From positions 868,001 through 932,000 of the forward strand of contig OZ316896.1 of NCBI GenBank assembly GCA_973895155.1: a stretch of DNA of 64,000 nt, given 5' to 3'. Shown here piece by piece: positions 12,649-25,299 of this stretch. The translations under genes and the position numbers were made by a program. The first letter of the stretch is position 1; each line of letters begins with the position of its first letter. The notes under the pieces were generated by a model. That model was given only the letters and a program-made list of their open reading frames with translations. It ran no database searches and was not told the DNA's origin. The DNA comes from Marsupella aquatica. Its lineage: Eukaryota > Plantae > Marchantiophyta.

Positions 12649-13439
12649 CTGCATTATCAGCTGTTCGTCAGTGTGGTGAGCTAGTCGCCCACAGCACATT
12701 TGTCTGTCTAGAGATTGTGGGACCTCCACTCCCTTTCAGGATGACTTGCAACAACGAATCACAAGTGCTCCAATGGTCTCATCCTCTCTGTTCCGTCAGT
12801 GTGAACACTTTTGGTCGACACCTCTTTCGACTGTCGCTTTGTTTCAAGAATGGATTGGTGCTGGGGTAATTCTACCCAACTCAGAGCACAATGACTTAGA
12901 TGTTGCCGACAGTTGGCTAATCAATAGCCTTTTATTGCTGCCGTGCCCCTTTCTCTCCCTTATTTTAAGAAAGTAGGGATTTGGTCCTGAGAAGCTCTTC
13001 AATCTGCTTTCTTGAGCTGAGCACTTTGTTGTCACTTGGCTTCTGGCCTTGTTTGTATTCTTTGTCCTTCCCGGACTTCAAATGATAAATCAACTTTTTT
13101 ATTAAAATATGGTATAGGGGACTTATTTCAAGTACCTCTGTGCCGAAATTCAACTTTCAAGTACTTCCCAATCCGCCGTGGACAACGCGGATGTGACGAG
13201 GATTAGCTGCTCAAAAAATCTCTTGTAGGTGTGCAAAAGAGAATTCAAGAGGCAAGCCAATATGTCCACTATTGAACCATGTCAGTAAATGTGCAACGGG
13301 GATTTGTGTGCAAAAGGGATTTGAAGAGGCAAGTTAATCTGTAGCGTACAGACCCAACTCATGTACAGTTTGTTTCAACCCTCCTCCTTTCAGTCTACCA
13401 AAGCACTCATATACACTAGTTTGGACTTTATATCATGAT

Positions 13440-13910
13440 GACAAGCCCAGTTTGGACTTGCCCGGCAAATGGAGCCTTTGGAGCACATCAACCGGCAAGT
13501 AGTCACCCGGACCTTCCCGGCCACCCGATGTCAACTGCCCCTTCCCGGCCCAAGCTGGCCCTTCCCTGAAGCTCCCCGGCCCGACCTCCCTGGCCTGACT
13601 TTCCTGACAAAACCCCCAGGGCCCGTCCCCGGTCGCCCCACCCCGAGTGCTCACCCAGGCCTGGCTCCTGGCCCCATCCCCCGGTCTCCCTTCCCAGTTT
13701 GCCCTTCCATGGGCCAGGTCCGGGGTCGGGTGCGGGGCAGGACCGGGTGCGGGGAGGGTTAGGGCGACAGGGTCCGGGAATGGTTCAGGAAGGAAGGGGC
13801 CAGGTCGGGCCAGGGAATAATCGAGAATATCCGGCAAATGGAGCCATTTTTGCCTGGCAAATGACGACTTTGCGTGCCAGGCAACTCGACAACTTGCCCA
13901 TAACTTCAAA
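13440..13910. repeat. GC-rich foldback element
   Basis: A C-rich left arm and G-rich right arm surround an apex near 13705. The 15-bp direct repeat ccggcaaatggagcc occurs at 13462 and 13831. The distal part resembles the reverse complement of ~32030-32210. Confidence 0.55.
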
Positions 13911-14734
13911 TCGGGATGACAAGCACCTCACCTGTCCCAAATGGAATCAGCCCACTCATTACGGACCCCATTAGAGGTCCTTTCCAAAATTAATTTGAGA
14001 CTCCACAACGTGCCACATCATCATGGTGCGCTGCAAACAAGAACAGAATTGTTTGCAAATAAAAATAACTACTCCTTTCCTGTTTGTAACAAGTTCCGGG
14101 TAAAATTTAGGACGTCCTGCCATAAAACATAATGTTTTGACATACCAAACCCAATACAATAATATTGAACCATTTTTCATAAGTGTTTTCCTTACAACAT
14201 GTCATAACTGTTTTAGTGATCTCTTGTTCTTATTAAGTAAAAACATAAGATAAGTAATGAAAATTTTGGCAACCGTAACCAACACTGCATTTTTGGTACT
14301 AGGCAAGCGGAGTAGTCTGAAATCTCTTTGCCTGTGAAGTCACCCTGGACGCAACGAGCTCTACCAAAGAGGGACATTGAACATCATGGAGATTGTCGAC
14401 ATGTACGAGTGCAAACTCATAGTGGAATGCAAGCTGGTCAATTGTAGCAAAGTGGGACTTTGTGCAACCTTGGCTCACAATGCACAGCTCGAAGGAAGCA
14501 TAACTGGCGCTTTGCCACCGTGATCTAAGCAATGAGCAGTCTTATTGAGGTCACCATCAAGAGGTGCCAAATGATTTCCTATCTGTCCTTTCTGATATCA
14601 TGCATTTTGATTGTCTTGTAAATTGCATAGATTGAATTTCTGGTCTTTCAAGAATGGTGCAAAGATTCAGGTCATGGTACTAACATGAAGTCATGCCAAT
14701 ACCATTGTTATTTGCTTGGATTGTGCGCAAATGG

Positions 14735-14738
<4 letters not shown>

Positions 14739-14796
<58 letters not shown>
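14739..14796. repeat. (TC)n microsatellite
   Basis: About 29 perfect TC units. Further tracts are (CT)n at ~17954-17992 and (AT)n at ~20237-20286. Confidence 0.95.
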
Positions 14797-14801
<5 letters not shown>

Positions 14802-15259
14802 CGTTTTCTTTGGTACGCTCCATGGGGATTGAGAGAGCAATCAAAAGTAAGTCATCTGTACATGTGAGTGAGTGAATGTAGTCAAGAGCGTGGCCAGGGC
14901 CTGGGAGGCACCCCAAAGCAATCAATTTTGTTGCTCTGATAACTTTGACAGCACAAGACTGGTCAATTTGGTCCACCAGCCCCCCGTCTAAATCCAAAGC
15001 TAGCATGACCAGACTCTGTGGTTTGGTCCTCGATGAATAATACGTGTTCAAGTGCCCCGTTTGAAGTACCTCTATACAAAAAAGTAGTTCTAGTCGATTC
15101 TAGATCACTTGCTCATCAATTTTCTTAATTAAAACATCTTGTAAAGTCATCAGAAGCCAATAGCTTATGTAGACATTCCACATAACTTGAAAAGTTGGAG
15201 ACATCCTCCATTCTGCATATTGGCATTCTGCAAAAAGATAATCCTTCATAATCCATGAT

Positions 15260-15556
15260 CTCGGGGGTCTCACTATATGGGGACCTCCCCATCGCCTGCA
15301 ACGTTTTTAGGCCTCGGACCCCCTAAAATGTAAGAAAAAATTATTATTTTTTAACCCCTATAAAGTTGGAATATTCTTGGAATATTCTAAAATTTGGATT
15401 AAAAAAACCCTAATGTTCTTATAAGTCTCAAAATTGAATTTAAAAGACCCTATTGTTCTTCTACAAAAATTCTTAAGTCTTCCCTTAGAACCAATAAAAT
15501 GACCCTATCCTTCGTCGCACGTGATATGCCATTTTTGTGGAAGTGAGACCCCCGAG
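15260..15556. mobile_element. 297-bp MITE, P-like family
   Basis: Perfect 15-bp TIR ctcgggggtctcact / agtgagacccccgag. 8-bp TSD tccatgat (15252-15259, 15557-15564). Confidence 0.95.
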
Positions 15557-16539
15557 TCCATGATCCTTTCAAACATCATGTCAATCAATGGTGTAACGGC
15601 GCTGTCTTGCGTGCTCTCCGGACTATGAAGTCTCCAAAGAGGAATCCATGGGCCGACGACATCCATAAGATTCCAATTGAAGTTCCGGATTCTACAAGCA
15701 CTCCTTAGACGATGGTTACGATTGACACCACGATTGAAGAGTCAAATTTTAGTTTACCGAACACTATGATGTATCAAAACAATCAACTACCGTTCATTAT
15801 CACACATTGTTCAACACAAATATCAACTACATTTCAATCTTAACATCAAAAACTTCAAACACAAAAGAGATAATTAGGGGACCACAAACTAATTCTTGCG
15901 TTTTGCCATGCACATCTACAAAGGTACACATATACATCACGAACTTGGTGTCCGTCCTTTCCAACAATGTTTCATGATGATTTCACCTCAACACATAACC
16001 ATCACTCTTATAAATGCAAAATATTTCAACGATGATTCATTGTTGCAATTTTCAACATTGCCCATAGGGTTTTAGAGCTAAATGTTTTCAGTATGTTATC
16101 ATTGTCTATTCATTGTGAATATATAGCTTATGTTTACATCAATGATTTGTAGTGTATATCTCATGTTAAAAATTTAGAAATAACTCATCAAAAAATCAGC
16201 AATGATTTTCAACAAGTTTCCACTAGAATGTCAACATGTACTCAACACCCAAATAATATTCAATGATCGTGCAATGATTCATTGGTAGTTTGATAAGTGT
16301 TAGAGTGACAATGTTATGGTGTAAGAGTATTTACTGAATCATTATAGAATCAATTTGGTTACAATATTGATTCATTATTCTTAAACTACAATCATCAGAA
16401 TTGTGTCATCAATTAAACGTTACATAGTCAATGCTCTTTCAAAACCAAAACAATATGTTATTTCAAGACTAAATAATCCAATTTTCATTGGAATGAGTTT
16501 TAATTTTTTAAGACAAAACCGGCCGCAAAAAACCCCACA

Positions 16540-17290
16540 GCAAGGGCAAACAATGCAAAGCACGCAAAAAACCCCTACAGGCCCCCTGAATCAGAGGGCC
16601 CGAGAGTCACACCATAAGAAGGCCATAGTGGCAAAAAGCAAAAAGGGGCCCCAGTGACCCCACAATAATAACGCAACATACCAACCAGTCACAGGCATCC
16701 CTGCATACCAGGCACCAATCAACAGCCTCAATTGTCAGAGGATATCCGGCCGCAACCGTTCCTAAGCCAGAGCCTACGCTGGACATCTATCCGGGCCTTG
16801 GCCCTAAGGAGCCTAGTACACTTCCTACTCAAGGGAAACCTATGACTCACAGCAACGAGGTGATTGGCAGTCTCTGTGAGGACCAGTCCGAGATCAAACA
16901 CACGACAGCCGCCAACTTGGAACATATGAGTATGTTGTCCCAGCCATAGCATTTACAGTATTTGGTATAGAACAAACAACTTAGCCACATGGATCATGTG
17001 ATCTTTCCCATACCCCGCCTCTAGCAGAGACAACATCCCCTGGCCGATAGGCAAATAGAGGTCACTCAGATATAACCTGTAGAGTCGCCAACACCTCTCT
17101 ACATGTACACATTGGAAGAAAAGGTAGGGGTGGTCCCCAGCACTCCTAGACACAACTTACATTTGCCGTTGCTCACCTCCATACGTAGAGCCCTAGCCCG
17201 GGCAGTGAAGAGCCCTCCAACAGTAATTCACCATATAAATGTTTTGCCCCTGGTCGGCAAGTTTGATCCCCATAGCTTAAAGACTAATCC
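16540..17290 (-). mobile_element. L1-type LINE 3' fragment
   Basis: A zf-RVT-like remnant (DHPYLFFQCVHVERCWR) is followed by a G/T-rich 3' UTR. Confidence 0.55.
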
Positions 17291-17607
17291 AATTTTGGTT
17301 CATCATTGATAAATCCTATTTCTATTCAGGGTTTCGTTGTGATTAGAGTTTGGCTTTTCAGATTCAGGTCTTCATTGTCATGAGTTTGAGTGAATTGTAA
17401 CCCGACACAAACAGGTGCAATTCACAAAGAAATGATACAATCGTTGTTTCACCTCATCAGCCCACAATCATCATTAACAATATTGTAGTATTGAGTTGAA
17501 GGCATGCATTTGAAGCCACAATAAACTAAGGGTTTACGATCATGCTCCTTCAGCTTGTTCATTGCTTGCTGCTCCTCTTCTGCTAATCAAGCATGATGAG
17601 GGTGACC

Positions 17608-17893
17608 CTCGGGGGGTTAACTAAGTGTATATTTTGGGGTACCACGTGTGATCTTAGTCTAATATAAATAGACCTATTTTATAAAGAAAATATTCCAAGA
17701 ATATTCTTCATTTCAATATTAATAACCTATTTTACTTTATAAAAAGTATATATTAAAGAATATTCTATAAACATGAGTTTATAATACCTTCTTTTGCCTC
17801 TTGCGCTTTTTAAAAATTTAGTTAATTTATACCAAAAATACTTATTTTGGATCGCACGTGGTTCCTAAGATTTTTAATAGTCAACCCCCCGAG
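17608..17893. mobile_element. 286-bp MITE related to the P-like family
   Basis: TIR ctcggggggttaacta / tagtcaaccccccgag (1 mismatch in 16). The flanks gggtgacc / ggggatct are only a degenerate TSD. Confidence 0.7.
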
Positions 17894-17952
17894 GGGGATC
17901 TAGTAACCAATACTCGAGCCAATACTTAGTTACAGGAGACCTTTCAACAATG

Positions 17953-17995
<43 letters not shown>

Positions 17996-18653
17996 AGAAA
18001 AGAGTATGATAAGCCACTAATAATTCCCATGGCTAAAGATAGGTGAGCACCAAGACAAGAACATGATCTCATCATATCTGGGTAGGTCCCATGACATGCA
18101 CTACGGATATATACCCCCTGTCACCTATACAGGGATAAAGTTAAAATTAAAATCCAGAATAACCAGGATATAATCATCCGGCCACCAGAGCCATTGATTT
18201 ATTCCCAATACATTTGGGCCACACAAAACAACCAGATGCTAGAGCCCATGACCTAAAAAGCAAGCCAAGATAGCGGCGCTACCAAGTCCAACCATCCAGC
18301 CACAGAGCTTACATTTCTCTGAAAACACTCGATAGGTGAAGAAGCACACACCCTGTGGGAAGCATAGGCTGACATGCATGGCAGAGTAAGAGGACACACT
18401 GCACTGGCAAGGAGATCGTGGGACTAGCAGCGCAGCCCAAGGATCAAGGACTGCTGAAGCAACACAGTGATACACAACTTGTCGTGGCTCAATGGGCATC
18501 CCACCAAATCAGGTGCTAGCTCACACTTTTTTACAGCAGATGTTGCTCCTTCTTTTCTATATCATTCACGACGTATTGGTATGCATGAATGTGATGTTGG
18601 AGTTAATAATAAAAAGGAACATAACAAGGCTTGGGAGACTCGACTTTTTCCGG

Positions 18654-18860
18654 CCTATGTCTCCCCGCAGCCGTCTAGACATCGCTGTAGAAACATGGGA
18701 CTAGAAATTGTGCCTACTAAAGCACAATCTCGATCCAATGGCGGGGGCTGAATGAAGACATTGGAATTGTGAATGGAAACAGTCCGTCCATTCCCGGTAA
18801 AAGAATATGGTCCATGCTCAATGTTGTGGACACAACGTTTGAGTACCACTGTCACCAAGC
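18654..18860 (+). ncRNA. Intronic structured RNA motif, copy 1
   Basis: cctatGTC-TCCCCG-hairpin-GAAACatggg-hairpin(attgtgc/gcacaat)-tccaatg-gCGGGGG-CTGAATGAAGA-cattgga-hairpin(gaatgga/tccattc). Confidence 0.7.
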
Positions 18861-19845
18861 AGTGCTCAGCATCGAAAGATACTCAGCTTTATAGATCTAG
18901 TTATCTTGAAAATGGACAGTTTATAAATAAGAGTAGTTATACAGAATAAGCAAGTCTTACTTCCATGGTTAACAGACGTTCGCAGTACCGAAACCTGTAT
19001 GTGTGAATGTATGTGTGAATGTATATTTCGATACTCCGCATATGATTGAATGTTGATGATCGATACTCTGCATATGATTGAATGTTGAATCAAGGAATGG
19101 CTAATAGAGAACAATAGGACCTGCGTTAATGCAGGATGTAATATATCTATGGATATCTGATATAATATCTCTCTCTGGTCTAAGTATGGACTGGTCGGTA
19201 GTAAAATAATGGTAGAAAACTCACATGGCTCTAGTGTTCCTAAACAAGAAACGGTACCCAATATTATGTATTAAAAGCAACTCTTTATACATAGGATGTA
19301 CTACATAATATTTCCATATACTATACACCAAGAATACTTTATTGCATGCGTTGCTATACCCTGCCACCTCACTACATGAGCAGCCACCACTATGACGGCT
19401 ACCCTAAAAAAACAAACGTACCATTATGTGAGTTTCCCTCCAATGAGATCAAATGATATTTTTTTCCCAGACCTACCTTTCTCGTCTTCATTGAGGGGAC
19501 TGTTTAAGAGACTCTCACCCGCTCTGGCTCTTGGTCATATCTTGCCACTGTCCTCAGTCTGTCACATTATTCTTCCAACCCTCTATTGCACCATTTGTGA
19601 GAGCTTCTATATTTCACTTGCTATGGCAGGACCACAGGACTGTAGTAGTCAGAATCAGCACACAAAGTCTCTACAAAAGGAGGCACCAATCATTTTTCTT
19701 TGAACAACTACATCAACAATTGTTGCACACACCAACATGGCATGAGTTGCACAGGTACGTGCCCTCACCCGTGGAGCTTATAGCTTAACTTTACATTTTA
19801 TTGCTTTATCATAGTCAGAATCAGTGCTAGTCCAGGGATAAAATA

Positions 19846-20043
19846 ATGCACGTCTCCCCTTTGCCGCCGCGGCTATTGGCAGCAGAAATGTATAATTGGA
19901 ATCATTGACATGTACATGATTCACCTCAAGGATGGGGGCTGAAAGACAACCTTGAAGCGGTAGTATGGTCCAAGCTCAACCATACTTTTACTCTGGCTGA
20001 CGATCTACTTTAGGCTGTTTGACTCACAGTGTTGATGCACCGC
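19846..20043 (+). ncRNA. Intronic structured RNA motif, copy 2
   Basis: acGTC-TCCCC-hairpin-GAAAtgt-hairpin(gaatcat/atgattc)-tcaagg-aTGGGGG-CTGAAAGACAA-ccttga-hairpin(agtatggt/accatact). The mini-exon ATGGCATGAGTTGCACAG|GT lies at 19737-19754. Confidence 0.7.
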
Positions 20044-20233
20044 ATTGAGACTACATTTAATCTACTTAAATATATTATGTGAAACGTTACCTAGATTAAG
20101 GTTGCATGTTGTACTAACAGCACCTGATGCTCTGCTGTGATAAGGACTCCACATGACCATTTAGAGCCTATGCGAATACATAACCTTTTAGAGATAAAGA
20201 CGAATAAAACATGGAGCTTCAATTTCTTGCTAT

Positions 20234-20288
<55 letters not shown>

Positions 20289-20592
20289 GCTTGCAAGCTA
20301 ACGTGTGGATCGAGAAACTCCAGAAAAAACACTTTATGTTCTAACACCAACAACCAGTTACTCTATTTTTGACATCTGTACTACTAGATGTGTCATAAAT
20401 CCACTTTAGACAAATAGTATCGTGACCCCACTAGACCAGATAATGTTCTACGTATCTTTTGTGATCTCATATGATTCTGCATTTGGATCTAAATATAAAT
20501 GACAATGGTGTATGTCTGCGTATATTCCAATCACACCTTTACACTGTTGAGCTTAGGACTAGTCTAGATCAAAAGTTAGTCCTGCCTTGATG

Positions 20593-20608
20593 TGGCCTTG
20601 ATTGGGTG
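20593..20608 (+). promoter_or_regulatory. Conserved unit-end motif TGGCCTTGATTGGGTG (also 21271, 31321; variants 43569, 45682, 61733)
   Basis: Three exact and three near-exact copies, preceded by TGA-N2-3 and usually followed 20-35 nt later by a TCTCTC run. Function unknown. Confidence 0.6.
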
Positions 20609-20782
20609 TTTTCATCTACACTTATCTCTCTCTAACCAATACCACTCCATTGATTGGTTTTGGTGGACCACCATCAATGTTAGAACTAACTAGATATATG
20701 GACGGATGCCTGCTTACAAAAAGGATGGTTACGGGAACTTCAAACGCTTGGATATGACAATGACCTTCCGCGATCATGTAAC

Positions 20783-21250
20783 ATGGCAATCCAAGTTACA
20801 TTGGCGTCCATTCGGCAACCTGAAATCCATGCAGCCATTCAAACTCATGATCGCGTCGTGATACAACGCGGTCTGGATGAAGAACAAGGTCAGTTACTAT
20901 TGCACAGCCTTGGGATCAATGAATGGTTCACAGTTTACCTTGCTGCTAGATATTCCGGCACTGAAGCTACTCTCAAGAAGCTTGACAACCTTATCAACAC
21001 ATTAGATACTTTTGAGAGCATCGATGAGGACGAGTTAGACCAGGCACGATGCCTTGGTTGCAAGTTAGCTAATATGCTTGCCTACTTACCTGCTCACACC
21101 GGAGCAAGTAGTTATACTGACACGCCGGCTACATCGGACATTGCTCATAAACTTCGTGAGAATCCGCTCATCAACACCGAATGGCTTTCACCTGAGGAAC
21201 ATACCGCCTTTTGGACTATTGATGTGCAATCCAGACTTGTGTGTATATAG
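20783..21250 (+). CDS. Hypothetical 155-aa protein between two TGGCCTTGATTGGGTG motifs
   Basis: An uninterrupted ATG ORF of protein-like composition in otherwise decayed DNA. The stop lies 20 nt before the motif at 21271. No family recognised. Confidence 0.5.
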   Translation: MAIQVTLASIRQPEIHAAIQTHDRVVIQRGLDEEQGQLLLHSLGINEWFTVYLAARYSGTEATLKKLDNLINTLDTFESIDEDELDQARCLGCKLANMLAYLPAHTGASSYTDTPATSDIAHKLRENPLINTEWLSPEEHTAFWTIDVQSRLVCI

Positions 21251-21849
21251 ATGTTTACCAATGCTGACTTTGGCCTTGATTGGGTGAAAATATGAAGTAC
21301 ATGGATATAATGCAAAACAAGTTAATAGTGATAGTCTAATATGAAGGATCTACTCTACACACTTCTATGTGGCCCACGTTACATATTAAGTAAACAAGAG
21401 GAAAAAATAACATACTAAAGACAGTCACCAAGATAAACTGTCATGTATGTCTTTAAACATTTAAGATGATAAATTATTACAAGACAATGTTGGCAATAAA
21501 AATTAAGTTTTATAATTTGCAACCCTAGCTTGGCAATATTGTTGATTTTTGAAGTGTCTCATTTTAATTCTGCATTTTGCAAACAACCTCATTCAAAATA
21601 AAACAAAACTCAAGTTAAGAAGTGCAATTGACATACTACTTTTGCAATGATATTTGTAATCAATGTCATTAATATTATTCTTATAAAAAATACTATTAGT
21701 ATGAGTTAATTTACTTAACTTATATGCTTGGTTATATGACATGGTGGTAAGTATGGTGGAGTCACTTGGGTGAAGGTGCAATTTATTTTTAAGATAAGAA
21801 AAATTAAATTTATCATGCTACAAGCTGCGGTTCTGAAAACCATTTTTTT

Positions 21850-24110
21850 TCAAGATACATGCCCTTGCTACGATAAATGTACTCAATCTCAATTACCATA
21901 GCAACGCATTGCAACTCTAGTCAAGTGTCCACCATATTTAATTAGCACCATGATATGTACCTCAAGTAAACACATATAAATCTAATTTGTTTATAAAACA
22001 ATGTCAAAGAATAGCATTGGTAAGTCGTAGTCTTATTGACGGTCCAATGCATGCAATAAAAACTTTGCAACTTTATCTCCCTTTAATAATTTATACTAAT
22101 AAACTTTGGGTGTATATAGTTGTTATTTCCTCACTCTTCAATATATATCCATCAATTGGGTTGTAAGATTGCAATAAGCAACATAACATGCACTTTGAGC
22201 ATGACTTTAAGACAAATAGAAAACCTTAAAACTAAGGGATTTTGATGGTAGTTACATATTTTGTACATAATTATATAAAAAGAATTTCTAAAAAACCCTA
22301 CAACTTGTGTATGCTCAATCAACCGATTTGGAAGAATTTTTTTGCGAAAATAATTTACCCAATTCTTGACTTGAAAGGTTGGATCTCTTAGCCTCAGGGG
22401 TCTCACTATATGGGGACCTCCCCATCGCCTGCGACGTTTTTAGGCCTCGGACCCCCTAAAATATAAGAATTTTTTTTAATTTTTTAACCCCTATAAACTT
22501 GGAATATTCTTGGAATATTCTAAAATTTGGATTAAAAAACCCTAATGTTCTTATAAGTCTCAAAATTGAATTTAAAAGACCCTATTGTTCTTCTACAAAA
22601 ATTCTTAAGTCTTCCCTTAGAATCAATAAAATGACCCTATCCTTCGTCGCACGTGATATGCCATTTTTGTGGAAGTGAGACCCCCAAGCTCTTAGCATGT
22701 ACAAATGTTCTCCTCGATTTTTGGTTTAATGTCAATGCAACTACATATACTAGATTATAGTTCTTCCAAGCTAGATCTACAAAATGGTTAACTTTGTGAA
22801 AGTTTTTTCTTATTCCTGTAATATGTTATATTCTTCATATTTACACGATTGATTAGTGGTCCAACAGCTCTCATATTTAATTGTAAACTACCTCTCTTAT
22901 CTATGCGAACGACGGTTTTTTTTAAATAATATTGATCTTCACTATTGGTCTTGCACTCAAATCTAGGGCCTCTTTTATTCACCCTCCTATAAAATATTTT
23001 TGTCGTTTTGTTACCCATGGTTCTCTTTCAATCCAAAACTCAATTTTTGATGAATGATGCATAATGTAAAAACTCTCAGAAATATTTTTCCATGTAAGTA
23101 GGTTGCATCTATTTTTTGTTTTCCTCTTTTTTGTTCATTCCCAAGTGATTGTTTCATGTCGTTTGATATCAAATATTTTCCATCATAAGTTTTAAATGTT
23201 TTTTCATTTTGTTTATCAAACATTTTAATACTACCATTTTTTCCAATTGTGGAAGTAAGAAAGTATTAAAATATTCATTTTGAGATTGAATCAAACCATG
23301 CTGATTATTTCTCAGTTTCTTAATACTTTTTCGTATTCCCCTGGGTAGTAAATTCACTGCATATCGTGATTCCAACATAGTGGATATTAAAGTCCATATT
23401 TTAATATTAGAGTGTTTTCCACCTCTTATGTTTCTTTAAATATGTATATCTTGCAAGAAATTTATTTTGGGATATTGTGTTGGAGGTATCACCATAAGTT
23501 TGCAACCCATAATTAAATATAAATACTTCTAGATACTACCACTTTGAGAAAAATCTTTAAGTGGAAGTAGTCATATCCTACTAGTTTGATAACATCAAAA
23601 AAATATTGCTCACAAGTTCTTAAGTCAAGTCTCAATTCATTAAGTGCAAGGCGAGTGCAAGATTAAGAGTAACATTAATTTTTCCAAGCATTTGGAGGAG
23701 TATTCCCTGCAACCAATAACATGTATTCATTATTTACACACAACATTTGCAGGAATTCCAAAGGTCCATAACTTCAGTTGACAAGAAATTTCCAAAAAAC
23801 CAAATATAAATAAACTTTGTAGTTAAATGGTACTACACATACCTTGAGTTAGCCCACCAAACTTTTCTCTCTTCTTCCTTAAGTTTGTTTCTGGCACAAA
23901 AGTTATTTTGATATTTTCCACAAACTTTTGGACAAATTTTGATGAAAGTTGCTCCCTTGCTTACCCTCCTGTGACTTTGCTTGCTGCTCATGCAACTCTT
24001 CAAATATTCTTCTGACCACGACCCGTTCTTTTGGACCAAAAAATGTACCAAAACTAGAATGATCTTGAGAATCGTATGATAGTTTTTTTGTCTTATCCTC
24101 CATTGTTACT
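21850..24110 (-). pseudogene. Heavily decayed AT-rich ORF of unknown (probably TE) origin, interrupted by a MITE
   Basis: A chain of overlapping minus-strand ORF fragments (24145 to 22152) with protein-like composition. No motif recognised. Confidence 0.3.
22393..22688. mobile_element. 296-bp MITE, near-identical to 15260-15556
   Basis: TIR ctcaggggtctcact / agtgagacccccaag. 8-bp TSD ctcttagc (22385-22392, 22689-22696). Confidence 0.95.
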
Positions 24111-25299
24111 AATGACAAAGTAACACTTTTTCTGCAAAAATACAATACAGGACTTCATAATTTAAATCCTTATAACAAAACATCCCACAACATATATTGA
24201 ACACATGTAAAGAACATTTGTAAGGATAATTGAAAAATTAAATTAAAGAGTACTACAATTTATTATCTGCAAATGGAAAAAACTAGGTACAAAACCAAGT
24301 AACATTGCGCTAAACAAATTAACTAAGCCAGACCCACACAAATTTCATATCTTCAACTTCATCTTATTTTGCAACAAGCTTAGGCAACAAGCTAGATTAT
24401 ATCATGGAAGAAGCTGAGATCATTTATTTCATATTAAAGATGACACACGGTCTGCAAAACCCACTTTCATTGAGCAAAGCCCATCTCCAAGCCGACCATT
24501 TTCAAATCGTTTGAAGTTTAAATAAACCCTTGGTTGAGAGCATTTCTTAGATGATAGCCCATACGATAGGGGCTACAAAAAGTGACTAAGTACTAAGGTG
24601 CCTCAAACCTCCTACTTAGTGTGAATCTCGGTGTGAATCCATGGAAGATAAGCTACAATAGCATGGGGCCAGAGACAAGAGGTACAGTCCATAGCATGGG
24701 AGTGTAAGGCAAATGCACAATAAAAAATTCAGGTGCATCAAGTGACGGTTCACACGTGTGAGTACCCGTGATGTTGATCTTGGCTATGCAGAGCACTCAA
24801 TCCATAGAGTTTTGTAGTAATTAAAAAATTTGGCCGTGTAGAGAGCCCCGCGTAGCCACGTACATCAGTAAATTGGCGCAATAGTTCAGATTATTGGCCA
24901 AAAAGAGCCCAGCACAAAGCAAGCAGGAGATTGAAGACATCAAGAAATTGCACTTCAATCCATTCTGGCTCTCACCTCCTACCTACATTCAGAGCATTGT
25001 CATGATACAGGCAAGTGCAACAAAGATTGGAAAGTTTGAATGAAGTGCACAGCCTTCGATACGTTCTTGCGCATATCTCTAATGGTGCAAACTAAGCTTG
25101 CTACAATGTACACAGTCTGGGTCTTTATTGGTTTTCCAAGCCCACCTCACCATCTAACCAAGTGCGTTGGTAATTATCAGGTTTTCCACTACATCGGTCA
25201 CCACCGACATTGGACCTACCAACCTCATGGCTGTCTTCAATCATTGATCCCACCATCTGAGTGCTTTAGACTTTTTCATGTTTCTCTCTACATTGGTCA

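Noticed and set aside
18654-18765. Hairpin ribozyme (GUC opposite GAA)
   Set aside because: Helix 2 cannot form and the loop B sequences are absent.
19397-19410. ACCCTAAA at unit starts as a telomerase RNA template or telomeric repeat
   Set aside because: It is a single partial repeat that varies among units, with no Pol III USE/TATA arrangement or terminator.
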